DNA of 63,571 nucleotides, filler included, from Octopus bimaculoides (Eukaryota), in NCBI RefSeq assembly GCF_001194135.2. It is 6 parts of 6 records of this genome, joined end to end, with 100 filler letters (N's around TTAATTAATTAA, not from the genome) between each part and the next. Parts side by side here need not be neighbours in the genome. Positions count along the whole stretch, not along the records: positions 15,033 to 30,875 come from NC_068994.1; positions 30,976 to 41,835 come from NC_068983.1; 4 more parts are not named here. One strand, 5' to 3'. The notes below the pieces were generated by a model. The model made no database searches, was not told the DNA's origin, and worked only from the letters and a program-made list of their open reading frames with translations. Within the stretch, counting starts at the first letter, position 1. The number at the start of each line of letters is the position of its first letter. Position numbers and translations under genes: made by a program. Positions 25,985 to 37,459 of this stretch are shown piece by piece.

Positions 25985-26649
25985 CATGTCTATGTATAAA
26001 TTTATATATGTAAATGTACACACGATAAACATAGTATCATGGCGGTGTTTCTTCAGAGAAAAAAAAATCATGTTTCCGCAGGTGATGAAAAGTTAACGTT
26101 ACATATTTGTATTAAAGCGCAAATGTTATGTCAGTTTGTTCTGCTCTTGTATTGCCATGTCTTTATTGCTCAATTATTCTCACTACTACATTTTTGTGGT
26201 CTTTTTTGTTTGTCATTTACTTGTTTTTAATTTGATTTACATTTGATGAATTATATATTGAAATTCTAACTTGCGTGCAAAAGAACCATACGTAATGCGG
26301 GGAGGTATAATTGTTTAGATAAGATTCCAATACTCACCTGGTATCAGTATATCTTTTTCTTATTTTTTTGATCGATTTTGAAAAGAACAAAAAAAAAAGA
26401 CGAAGACAAAGGTTACTGTGGCGTGATTTGAACTTAAAACTTAAAGGAGTATAACAAAATACCACAATGGTTTATTGTGCGTTATTCTACTGACGTTGCC
26501 AAGCTCACAACAACCAATGAGATATCTCACTGTAGAATTCAGTTTCGATTTACTCTTGAAGGTAACCACCTTTCCTGCCTTAGCTAAAAGAGATTCTGTT
26601 TATTTTTTCTATTAATCCATTACTAATGATCCTTAATATATGTACAATG

Positions 26650-27250
26650 CTCGTAATTTTGAGGGGACGGGACCAGTCAATACCATAGACCCCTAATATC
26701 TGATTAGTACTTTATTTCATCCACTTAAAAAGGAAGAAAAGTAAAGTTGACTTCAGTGAAATTTGATCGCAGGACAGAAAGAAACACAGCAAAGCACTTT
26801 TTCCGAAGTTCTAACAATTCCGTCTGTAGACTGCTTTTTTAATAATGGTTTCAAATTTTGGCACAAGGCCAGCAAGTTCGGGAGAAAGGAGTACTCCAGA
26901 CCTCAACGGGTACTTATTTTATCGACTCCGGCAAAGTCAACCTCGGTGGACGTAAAGAGTACTGAACTCAGGACACAATGAATCAAAAAGAAATACAAGA
27001 AAAACGCTTTTCCCAGCGCTCTAACAATCCTGACAGTTGACCGCCTTTCTGATAATGATTTCTAATTTAGGCACAAGGCCAACTGCGGAGAAGTAGTCGA
27101 TACGATTTTTCCCGGTACTTGACTAGTAATTTATTTTATCGATTCTGAAAAGATGAAAGCCAAAATTGACTTCAACAAAATTTGAACTCAGAACGTAAAG
27201 TGCCGCAAGAATACAACGAAGTTCTACCGATTCCGACATTTGCCGCTTTA
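26650..27250 (-). mobile_element. Three stacked, diverged copies of tRNA-derived SINE family B
   Basis: The B-box region tttgaactcag(a/g)ac occurs at about 26965 and 27181, with a third more decayed copy at about 26760. The ttttatcga and ggcacaaggcc motifs also recur. Confidence 0.75.
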
Positions 27251-27278
27251 GTAAATTTATTAATAATTATCTTCCATG

Positions 27279-27690
27279 AGGCGGCGAGCTGGCAGACTCG
27301 TTAGCACGCTCTGGACAAAATGCTTAGCGGCATTTCATCCGTCTTTATGTTCTGAGTTCAAATTACGCCGAGGTTGACCTTGCTTTCATACTTTCGGGAG
27401 TCGATAAATTAGGTACCAGTTGCGTACTGGAGTCGATCTAATCTACTGGCCCCTTCTCCAAAAGTTTCAGGTCTTGTGCTTAGAGTAGAAAAGAATCGTT
27501 AACACCCCGAACAAAATGCTTAGCGGCAATTCATCCGTCTTTTCGTTCTGAGTTCAAATTCCGCCGAGGTCGACTTTATTTTTCATCCTTTCATGATCGA
27601 TAAAATAAGTACCAGCTGAAGACTGGAGGTCAATGTAATCGACTTATCCCTTCCCCCGAAATTGCTGGCCTTGTACCAAAAAATGAAACA
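27279..27690 (+). mobile_element. Two tandem SINE family B copies; the first has its tRNA-like head
   Basis: GGCGGCGAGCTGGCAGACTCGTTAGC (A box) ... GTTCTGAGTTCAAAT (B box) ... gaggtcgac ... gtaccag. Confidence 0.85.
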
Positions 27691-28314
27691 TATAATTATC
27701 TGTCACATTTAGGAAGAGGCAACAGAAAGTACCTCTTACTGGTTATAGAACTAGAGAGAGGAGTTCAGCTGGAAGTTAGGACGAGATGATGAGCAGCGAT
27801 TTGGCCGACCATACCGAACGGGAGAGTGTTACGGTTGAGAGCTGAAGCACACAATGATCGATGGACACCATTTAAAGACATCAATTCCTCCTTGTCAGAG
27901 CTGCGTTCATCTAAGGTGAATGAAGAAGAAAAAGCAACTTCTTTTAGATGTAATCAATCATATATTAATAAATTATTAAAATGAAAAGCAAAAAAAAAAA
28001 AGAAAAAAAAAAGAATCGCACATAATTAATTAGGAACAAAAGTGTTGCCAAATTATTATTTACAGAGATTCATTTTGATTTGGAAGAATTAAAAGCGAAC
28101 CCAACCCGGCTTCAAACGTTGTTTGTGATTTTGTTTCGCATCTTACTGGGGTCGAATAAATATATATATTTTTACATTATCCCTCTTGATGGGCGTATGC
28201 GATAAGTCAGTAAACTAAACGAATGTGTCCGCGTGCGTGTCTAATTGTTGAGTTTTGGTAGTAATACAGTATGTTGCAGATAAGTAATGAAAGGTTTTAC
28301 ATGGAGGGTTTTTA

Positions 28315-28530
28315 AAGTCTGGTACTTATTCTATTGGGACCTTTTGCCGAACCGCTATATTACGGGGACGTAAACCATATAACTCTGGTTGTGAAACGGC
28401 AGGGAGGTGGAAAAACTAAGGTACAACACACATACGACCCCTTTCCACACAGTTTCCTCCTGCCCAATTTGTCAAGGCATTCGTTGACCCCGGGCCATAG
28501 TAGAAGATACTTTACCAAGGTGTCGCACAG
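28315..28530 (-). mobile_element. SINE family A copy, partial
   Basis: ctggtacttattctat...gccgaaccgcta...acggggacgtaaac...agtagaagatactt...aaggtgtcgcacagtg. Confidence 0.75.
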
Positions 28531-28671
28531 TGAACCATACAGCCACGACCTTTTCTCACATAAAAGAATTATATGTCACTGGAGCGGCCCAAGGACCACC
28601 CGTATCATGCCGGGTGATACACATACAAACTCATTCAAAAGCACACAGTGTGCTGTTATGTATGTTAGCGA

Positions 28672-28752
28672 TAGGTTTAGAGTTAGGGTTAAGTTTAGGG
28701 TTAGATAGAGGGTCGGGGTTCCGAATAGGATCAGGTTTAGGGTTTAGGTTTA
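28672..28752 (+). repeat. Degenerate TTAGGG-like tract
   Basis: ggtttagagttagggttaagtttagggttag...ggtttagggtttaggttt. Confidence 0.6.
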
Positions 28753-29316
28753 CCCACCCACATTTCTTCTTACCTACCTACCTACCTACCTACACACCAT
28801 TCTACATACCTCTCCCCTTCCTTCCCTCCCAACCCCGTCCCTCCGTCCTTCCGTCCCTTCGTCCCACCATCCACCCCTCCATCCCTACCTGCATATCTGC
28901 CTACCCACATCCCTATTTACTCAGGTATTAAGGTAGTCATCTACCTATGAGATTAGCTACCTCACTGTTTAGCTATATGCACAAATACACGCGTACATAC
29001 GTACGAGCATAGACACATACGTGCATACACGCATGCATGCACATGTACATACACGATAGCATAAGTATATGCATACATCGACACAAATATTTAAGTACAT
29101 GCGTAATTACATTCATTCACACTTACGTACATGCATACAAACGTTCGTAAAAACATACATCCGAGGTACGTATGTACCTACGTACATATGTGCATATATG
29201 CATTCATACACACACACACACATACACACATATGTATATTTATTAATGCATTTACTTCTGTCTTCATGAATTATCAATATACATAGTTATATACAGTTGA
29301 CTGGACGCTAGGATAC

Positions 29317-29423
<107 letters not shown>

Positions 29424-30435
29424 ACACTCAAACACACACACGCTCACACATACACTCACACATATACAAACACACTCGCTCATATGCGTCGAAATTCACG
29501 CATATATATACACATACACTTGTGCATATGCATACACACTCATACATGAGCATAAACACACAAACATACGCATAACACATAGACACATACGCACTCATAC
29601 ACATGCACACACATATACAGGTACTCACACGTATATACTACACACGCTCACACATACCCACGATTGAAACATGTGGACACACACACTTATGCACACACAC
29701 ATATACACGCATAACACATATTCTCACGTTCACACGCGCACACACACACATACACACACACACACACGTACACACACATACACGCACACACACACACACG
29801 CACACACACACATTTCTTTCATATCTACAGCATTCGTCAAACCGTAACACCNNNNNNNNNNNNNNNNNNNNNNNNNNNNNNNNNNNNNNNNNNNNNNNNN
29901 NNNNNNNNNNNNNNNNNNNNNNNNNNNNNNNNNNNNNNNNNNNNNNNNNNNNNNNNNNNNNNNNNNNNNNNNNNNNNNNNNNNNNNNNNNNNNNNNNNNN
30001 NNNNNNNNNNNNNNNNNNNNNNNNNNNNNNNNNNNNNNNNNNNNNNNNNNNNNNNNNNNNNNNNNNNNNNNNNNNNNNNNNNNNNNNNNNNNNNNNNNNN
30101 NNNNNNNNNNNNNNNNNNNNNNNNNNNNNNNNNNNNNNNNNNNNNNNNNNNNNNNNNNNNNNNNNNNNNNNNNNNNNNNNNNNNNNNNNNNNNNNNNNNN
30201 NNNNNNNNNNNNNNNNNNNNNNNNNNNNNNNNNNNNNNNNNNNNNNNNNNNNNNNNNNNNNNNNNNNNNNNNNNNNNNNNNNNNNNNNNNNNNNNNNNNN
30301 NNNNNNNNNNNNNNNNNNNNNNNNNNNNNNNNNNNNNNNNNNNNNNNNNNNNNNNNNNNNNNNNNNNNNNNNNNNNNNNNNNNNNNNNNNNNNNNNNNNN
30401 NNNNNNNNNNNNNNNNNNNNNNNNNNNNNNNNNNN

Positions 30436-30858
30436 CCACCAACACTATCACCGCCACCACCAACAACAACAACAACACCACTACTACCACCAACAACAAA
30501 ATCAACGACGTTAACACCAACGAGGGCTGAGCTAGGCCTAAACGACCGTAGCAACAGCAATGACGTCGATGACAACAATAAAGACAGCAACAGCAACCAC
30601 AACTACAACGACAACGAAGATGGCGATGACAGCATTGAGAACAACAATAACATCAAAAACAATCACGGTGACAACGGCAACAACCACCACAACAACAAGG
30701 GTAGCAGAGAAACCAATAATACTAGTCAGAACGCAAAACGTAATGACAGCATAGAACAGATAGACATACAAACACAGAAATATCCGCTCGCACACACACA
30801 CACACAACTACAACAAGAATACGAGATAACGGAAGAACGTCTCGCCAGACGCTTTTGA
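30436..30858 (+). CDS. Candidate terminal coding exon: 140 open codons, Pro/Thr then Asn/Asp-rich, 5' end hidden in a gap
   Basis: Frame checked line by line: PPTLSPPPPTTTTTPLLPPTTKSTTLTPTRAELGLNDRSNSNDVDDNNKD...SQNAKRNDSIEQIDIQTQKYPLAHTHTQLQQEYEITEERLARRF*. It is absent from the supplied ORF track. Confidence 0.35.
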   Translation, partial: PPTLSPPPPTTTTTPLLPPTTKSTTLTPTRAELGLNDRSNSNDVDDNNKDSNSNHNYNDNEDGDDSIENNNNIKNNHGDNGNNHHNNKGSRETNNTSQNAKRNDSIEQIDIQTQKYPLAHTHTQLQQEYEITEERLARRF

Positions 30859-30875
30859 TCGCTGCGCCGTATATA

Positions 30876-30975
30876 NNNNNNNNNNNNNNNNNNNNNNNNN
30901 NNNNNNNNNNNNNNNNNNNTTAATTAATTAANNNNNNNNNNNNNNNNNNNNNNNNNNNNNNNNNNNNNNNNNNNN
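30876..30975. other. Artificial scaffold spacer
   Basis: 44N-TTAATTAATTAA-44N. Confidence 0.95.
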
Positions 30976-33373
30976 TATATATGTTAAGATTTATGAACAC
31001 TGCTTGCTGTGACCTAATCACTTTCAGATATTTAGATTCAATGCTGTGAACCTGGGACTCAGTTTAGCATGTGTTAAGTCATTTTGTTTTTTGGTACCAC
31101 CACTTTACATAAACGCTCTTTCTAATTAACAGGATCAATTAAGTGTGACATTGATTTTATAATATAGTCCCATTTGCTGAATACCATATTACTAAAGGTT
31201 AAAGAAGAAAAAGAAACAAAAGAAAGAACAGCAACAACTACACCGACTTACATAAATACTAACTCCATCGGAAAACCGAATTCTGAACCAATCTTTCCTG
31301 TTTTGCATGTGGACATTCATTTACAGATACGCGCGCGCACAAACATTAAGTAGTTCAGAATTTATATATGAAATCTTGTTTGTGTTTGTATGTATTTGTG
31401 TGTTTTTAAACATCTTTTTAAATATTGTTCAGGAAATATCAAGTCACTGTCACAGACGTTATACATCAGAAACCCGTTTTTTGATCGACTGCCAAGAACA
31501 TTTGCCAAGGCAGCGCTGCTGGAGTTATGAGATTGATTATACAAAAAGAAGACGTCTCCTTCCTTATTTACACTCGGCTTCTATTTACTTGGCTGCACAT
31601 TTTGTTACTCAACGGATAAAACTGTCATGTATTAACAGCTTAGCAGCATCAGACTTCAATAACTCTGAAAGGTTCTTAGATCATTTAACGTACATCATGT
31701 TAATAAAGTTGCTCAGAACGATCTTTTCAGCTGTATGACATTTCTTTTGATGATTTAGTACTGGCTTTGTAAAACTTGACGGTCATTACTAATCTTCGTG
31801 GTCAAAGAGCCAAACTTACATACACTGTAGTGGATAACGTATTATTAAAATAGTGACTCCGAATAACTCGATTATACGCAGGTAAATTCGGAACATAATT
31901 ACAATGACTTCTTGTCTTTAAAGTTTAGTTAAATAGTGATAAATATAAATGTTAATAGCTTAAGAAGATGTATTCCTATTGGAAACGCTAAGCTAGCAAG
32001 AGGAATGCATGCAATCATTCAAAATTATCACGCTATCTTCATAGGAGATATTTTGGCCTTCATTTCCAAATCTCGATAAATTCATTCATCCAAAAATACT
32101 TCATATAAATCTAAATTGATTTGTTATTTATTCATAGGTTAAATACCTGCGTTACGTTAACTTTTCCAGTTTGCCAATACTACCGGAGATTATTTTATCA
32201 TGTCTTTTAAAAATTTCGTTTTCTTTCGATGTAAGGATTTACAGTAGATTTAAGTAAATCTTATTCTTTGTATCAAATATCATACTTCATATTTCATGTA
32301 CTTAACAGAAAGCTAATAGTTCATATACTTCTGTTGTAAGATTTTGAGATTTCGGCCGAAACATTCTAGGCCCGAGCGAGAGATTCAGATATTCAGATTG
32401 AATATCTCGCTCAGATATATTCAGATGTTTAGACAGTCTGTGATGAATCCCCGTCGTTCGACGATGAAACTTCAGTTATTCGATGAACTAGATTACTTAC
32501 TTCTGAATTAAGACGTAAATGGCTGAGCATTCTACAGACATGTGTAACAATAACGTAATTTTTAGACAAAATCAGCGTGTGACAATGTGTGACAAGGCTA
32601 TTCCTTTTGACAGGCTTTTATATAATTTCCATCATTTCAACTTCACTTTCAAAGTATGAACTGAACTGAGGCGACCAATCTGAACCGACTTGAGGCCAAC
32701 CGACCTGGACTTCACACATTGTGATCTAACAACAAGAGATTCCAAAACTAACTTCTTAAGCATTCGTCCATCCTTGCCTACAAACTGTCTATAAACGACA
32801 ACAAAATTATTGTATATTTAAGTTTAGTGTTAGCCTATACATTAATACAATAAAATACAATACAATTATTAAAACGTTCTTTATTAGAAGTATCCAGTAA
32901 CTGGGAGTCATGCATCCCGACTTCAGGTCCGGGGGGAATGGAAGCTATGTCATTCATACTTTTCCAAGCACCATTTCTGGACTTCAATTGCTAAAAATTG
33001 AATTAAAGATTTTAAGAATGTTACCTAAAATGGTATGGTCATAATATATAAAATCATATTTTTGAAAATTACTAATGAATAAACGCAATCTCTTACTATT
33101 TTATTGCTCATGACTTAGTTTCTGTTATTTTTGGTTGTTGTATAGCCCTAGATAAGCCTTGATCAAGCAGACATGACATGCAGATAGTCAGCCAAACGGT
33201 TGATGTGATTATATATTTGGTGTTCTAGATATACCATTCTTCTCCAGCTAAGAATCAAATAATTGCCTCATGATAGCTTGCACGTATTGCATCTGCCATT
33301 GATATCTCTGTTCCTATGTGATTCTACGTTCTACTGGTGCTACAACAGAAGCAAGTTATTCTTCTGTACTCAC

Positions 33374-33429
33374 CATCAGCGGAGTAACTCTCAGAACAGT
33401 GTTGGTGAAATATTGATGTTGCTGTGTAA
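33374..33429 (-). other. Candidate 56-nt exon
   Basis: Acceptor tttctctcactccag| and donor ATG|GTGAGT. Two of three frames are open. Confidence 0.35.
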
Positions 33430-34129
33430 CTGGAGTGAGAGAAATATGTATTTTAGGATAGTGATTTAATTCAGAAGTACTCCCAAATAGTCTTTTTTTT
33501 TATAAGATTGTGATCAGTTTTTTTATTTCTAAGATGGGGAGTAAAATAATAATATAGCAAGAAATATAGAATGATCTTTGATTTTATCTAAGAAAGCTCT
33601 ATATTTTTGGAGTTAAACTGACCACAGTACTTATGTACTTTTTGCATTTCTTTCGAGATAATATTTGTAGTTTCTTATATAGGCAAAAATTTAGAAATTT
33701 AGGAGAAAGGGAACAGTCGATTATATCGACCCCAATATTTGTCTGAGAATTTTTTTGTATCAACGTCAGAAATATTAAGTTGATTTTAGAGGAATGTGAA
33801 CACATACAGATGCACACATAGACACACATACACACACAAATAAAATATGACCCTATCAAAGCACAGCTATAACTATTTCAGTATAAGATGCCCGATCACA
33901 TGATTTGTCAAAAACAAAAAAAGAAAACACAAGACAAAAATTTAAAGATTAAAAATCATTAACTTCCTTAGAACTGCTACAATTCCAAATACATTTCAAT
34001 CTGCTGTATATTATTTTAGATGTTTGACACTATATATGTATCGCATAATACAATTTTGAGAAGCACGCAAAATTATTTTTGGTTTTAAAAATCTCGTGTC
34101 GCCGTATTATTTGCTGACTCCTCAGAATC

Positions 34130-34475
34130 ACTAAATCCTTACCAAGAAACTGCGAACCACAAAGACCTCTGGGGCTAGGTCGAGCAGCAACCTACTGACC
34201 AATAAATAGCGAGACTAGAGAAAACCAGAAGGATGTTTGCGAAGGTAGGTATTCAATTGGAACAGAGAAGTGACAAGAAACGTAGAAATGTACGAGGATA
34301 AGTTGGAAGAGACTGACTGAAGAATAGTTGAAAATGATAGGGATGATATAAAACCAGACGTAAAGAGAACTACAGGAACTACAGGAACTACAGTACAAAA
34401 CGCATTAGAAGACTGCTATGGAAAGCCTATATTCAACCAGGAAAGAGAACAGATCATGATGATGAAGTTATTACT
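34130..34475 (+). mobile_element. RTE-clade LINE 3' end, decayed
   Basis: RISWKRLTEE*LKMIGMI*NQT*RELQ...KTH*KTAMESLYSTRKENRS*** matches the RTE ORF C-terminal pattern (W-R..E.EL..MG.TW..A....Q.R..W...V..LCST). Confidence 0.6.
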
Positions 34476-36714
34476 CTCAAGTAAGTAACTGATTTTGGCC
34501 TGATATCTAAAAAGCATGAGCCCCGCTATAGAGCCGAGATTCAGAGATCGATCACATGGTGTTTCACCATCTAGTTGAGTCGGTTGTTATAAATTTAATC
34601 ATTGGTTCGATAGAAATCCCCTCTCAACGTTATAAACCTTTGCATTTATCACAAATCTATTGTTATGAGAGAAACAGGCGATGAAATCGACTTGAATATT
34701 TGACTGTTATTTTACTTTATCGATTCCAGATAGCTGAAAAACGATGATAATTGTGTTAGGAGCTGAAATTAGGACGTAAACTGCTGAAAAAAATACTACT
34801 TGGCATCTTATCTGACGATCTAGCGGTTCAGCCGATTAATGAATGACACTGTTGCACCAAAGTCTTCTATCCCACAGCACCATGCATCAATACTTTTCAC
34901 ATCACCAGTGGTATAAATCATCTTACAGGGGAACTATTAGTACTCTTCGTACTAAACCAAACTTTGGGTTCTTAAATCAAGAACTAACTCATGTAGCTAA
35001 ATTTAACTTCAATCACACTGAATTTTAATCCATGTTTAATTCTATTGTTTTACTACCCCCACCCCACTCAAGTAATATCTTTAGACACATTCTAGGCAAA
35101 GGATCCGGGTGAAAGGGAATAAAATTAATGCCACAATAAACTCGCTGTTTCCGTGCATAGTAAATAAAAGTGGTAATTCAATAATAAAAGATGTAAATAA
35201 GATCAATGACATCGTAAAACACAATCATCACAGAACTGATAAGAGAAGTGAAGGCAATAAAATATGGTAAATGAGATGACAATAAAATAGCTAATAAAAT
35301 GAAATGGCAATAAAAACGATAAAATATGAAAACGAAGGAAACCATCAACATTAATTAGGGTACATGTTAGCCCTGAATTAAAAAAATATCCAGGGTATTG
35401 TAGGAGAACAGTGAGAAGATTTATTCTGCAAGTTAGTGGCTCCGAGAAGAATGTGTTGGGCATGAAACTTGGAGCGTGTCAGTGGGATGATTAAGACGCA
35501 CAGATACAATTCACTAAATTTGGAAAACTGAGCTGTGGAAACTCCCGAATTGTTGGACCATGGAATGAAATACATTAGTATACCTTCCATGGAAGTGACA
35601 GAAGAAAAAGATCGACGAAAATATCCTCAACGACTAAAGATGCATTCATTCGCATCTGTATTCTATCAAAACTAGATAATATTCGTTTAGAGAGACTCTC
35701 CTCAGTGTGTAAGGTTTTTTGGACAAATCGGGCTCTTGTAGAGTTACAGTTGTACCTCAGGTTTTAACAACTTTTTAAAACTGTAAACACACCCTTCTAG
35801 TCGCCACTCTGGCAACAGACGTAATATAGGAGTTGAATCTCAAATCAGATATGAATATAAGCTCTAAGAGTTTATCAAAACCAACCAAGAGATTCCTTGA
35901 AAGCGATCCTCTCCGTCGAAATGGAGGTAAGATTAGAAATTTTTAATGGTGGTGAAGATATACTAAGTTGCTTTCGGTAATGAATTCATTTATTCATTCA
36001 TTTTATTATTAAAATAGACAGTTTAAAATCTTTCTTTATAAGTGAATTGCTAAAGACAGCAAAATGCAAATGAATAAACAAAAAACTCAACTCAGGTGAA
36101 GGTTACATAACAATCTGTTCTTGCTATTAGGTGAAACGTACATAAAGAATAATGATATGTATTAAAAGCTTCTTCATGACAATTAATTGCGTAAAATTTC
36201 CATGTAACGTTATAACTTTGTCATTTGAAAAGGTTGTGAATGACAACTGGGGAGAGATGAAAATATAAAAGAAATCTATGTATTCTAAATGGAAACATTT
36301 GAAGAGGCTTTGTATAGTATTGATAATGTAACGGAATGGATATCCATTTATAAATTGGAAGTAGTTTCATGATATATAGCATTTCCAAGGCTTCCAAGCC
36401 AACAGGAAGTTTTGAATACAAACATCTATACGGTTGTTAACTGTGTTAAGTGGGCCTAATAAATACAAATAAATATATACAAAATACTAAAATACAGGCA
36501 AGGTTGGGCGGATCTGTTCGAAATAACCTGAAGCGAAATGGTTCAACTAAAATGATGCTTGACATAGCAATTGCAGACTTAGCGTATTTATCTTTTCTTG
36601 TCTCTGACAATACTTTATCATTTCCGGAACTCATGTATTTGAAAATTATAGTGCATTTTTGCGTCCTCTGTCATTCACCCCGTATTTCTGGTTTCATGCA
36701 TATATTACTTATTA

Positions 36715-36759
<45 letters not shown>

Positions 36760-36773
36760 NNNNNNNNNNATTA

Positions 36774-36812
<39 letters not shown>

Positions 36813-37459
36813 TTTTCTCTATCTATTTCTCTCTCTTTTCATTCTTCTATAACTTTTTACATCTTTCCTCCTACACATGTTCTCCCACTCTCTCTTTCAC
36901 CATCAATTACTAATCAAAACAATTTTTCCTATCTCTCTCCTTTCTTCTTTCTCCCTTGACCATTTTCACTACTCACTTGTCCTTTAAATTCTCTCTTTGA
37001 CACCCTCTCATTTCACAGTTTAAGTGCATCCCTATTCTAGAAATACTATTAATATTATGTTTATTTCCTTTGATGTCGGATAGATAATAAATAAATGAAT
37101 GCCGAATAACAATCAGTCACTTAAGGTAGGAATTGTAGAGAAATGTGATTGTTCAACACAGCTGCTAGTATCGTTGGGTTAAATAGAGTATACTTTGCAA
37201 AGATAAGAACTCGTATGGAGTGTGAGCCGTACTGTTTAGTACTATTTTTTTCAGATTTCATGTGTAAGGTTTCCCCGGTATTTTTTCTAGGAAACCACTG
37301 CCTTTTTTTTATATGACCTCCTGGTGCTACAGACGCAACTGGTATTGATTTTTTCTTCAGGTGCTACATCCTTCTCATTTCAATTTCAAGTTTATAGCAA
37401 GTTTATCATATTCTTTTACAGATAATATTGTTGTATTTGAAAATTTTTTACGACATTTC

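Noticed and set aside
26338-26520. Minus-strand donor CCAG|GTGAGT with nearby CCAAT and TGACGT motifs as a promoter or first exon
   Set aside because: Short motifs are expected by chance, and no downstream exon could be tied to it.
32440-32485. TGATGA-ATC...GAT-GAAAC hammerhead-like string and the nearby GAGCGAGA/TCTCGCTC hairpin
   Set aside because: The core lacks the leading C, and no cleavage triplet or stem I is identifiable; at best a decayed relic.
34320-34490. Plus-strand exon ending at a GTAAGT donor
   Set aside because: Better explained as the RTE LINE C-terminus in another frame.
35830-35926. Possible plus-strand exon ELNLKSDMNISSKSLSKPTKRFLESDPLRRNG with dibasic sites
   Set aside because: Good donor but poor acceptor and no partner exons; cannot be supported without transcripts.
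36496-36640. GPCR TM2-like string TKMMLDIAIADLAYLSFLV
   Set aside because: No TM1 or TM3 context, no matching splice phase, and a short motif only.
36711-36810. Tandem duplication attaatattc(TC)n around a 10-N gap
   Set aside because: Typical contig-overlap artefact.
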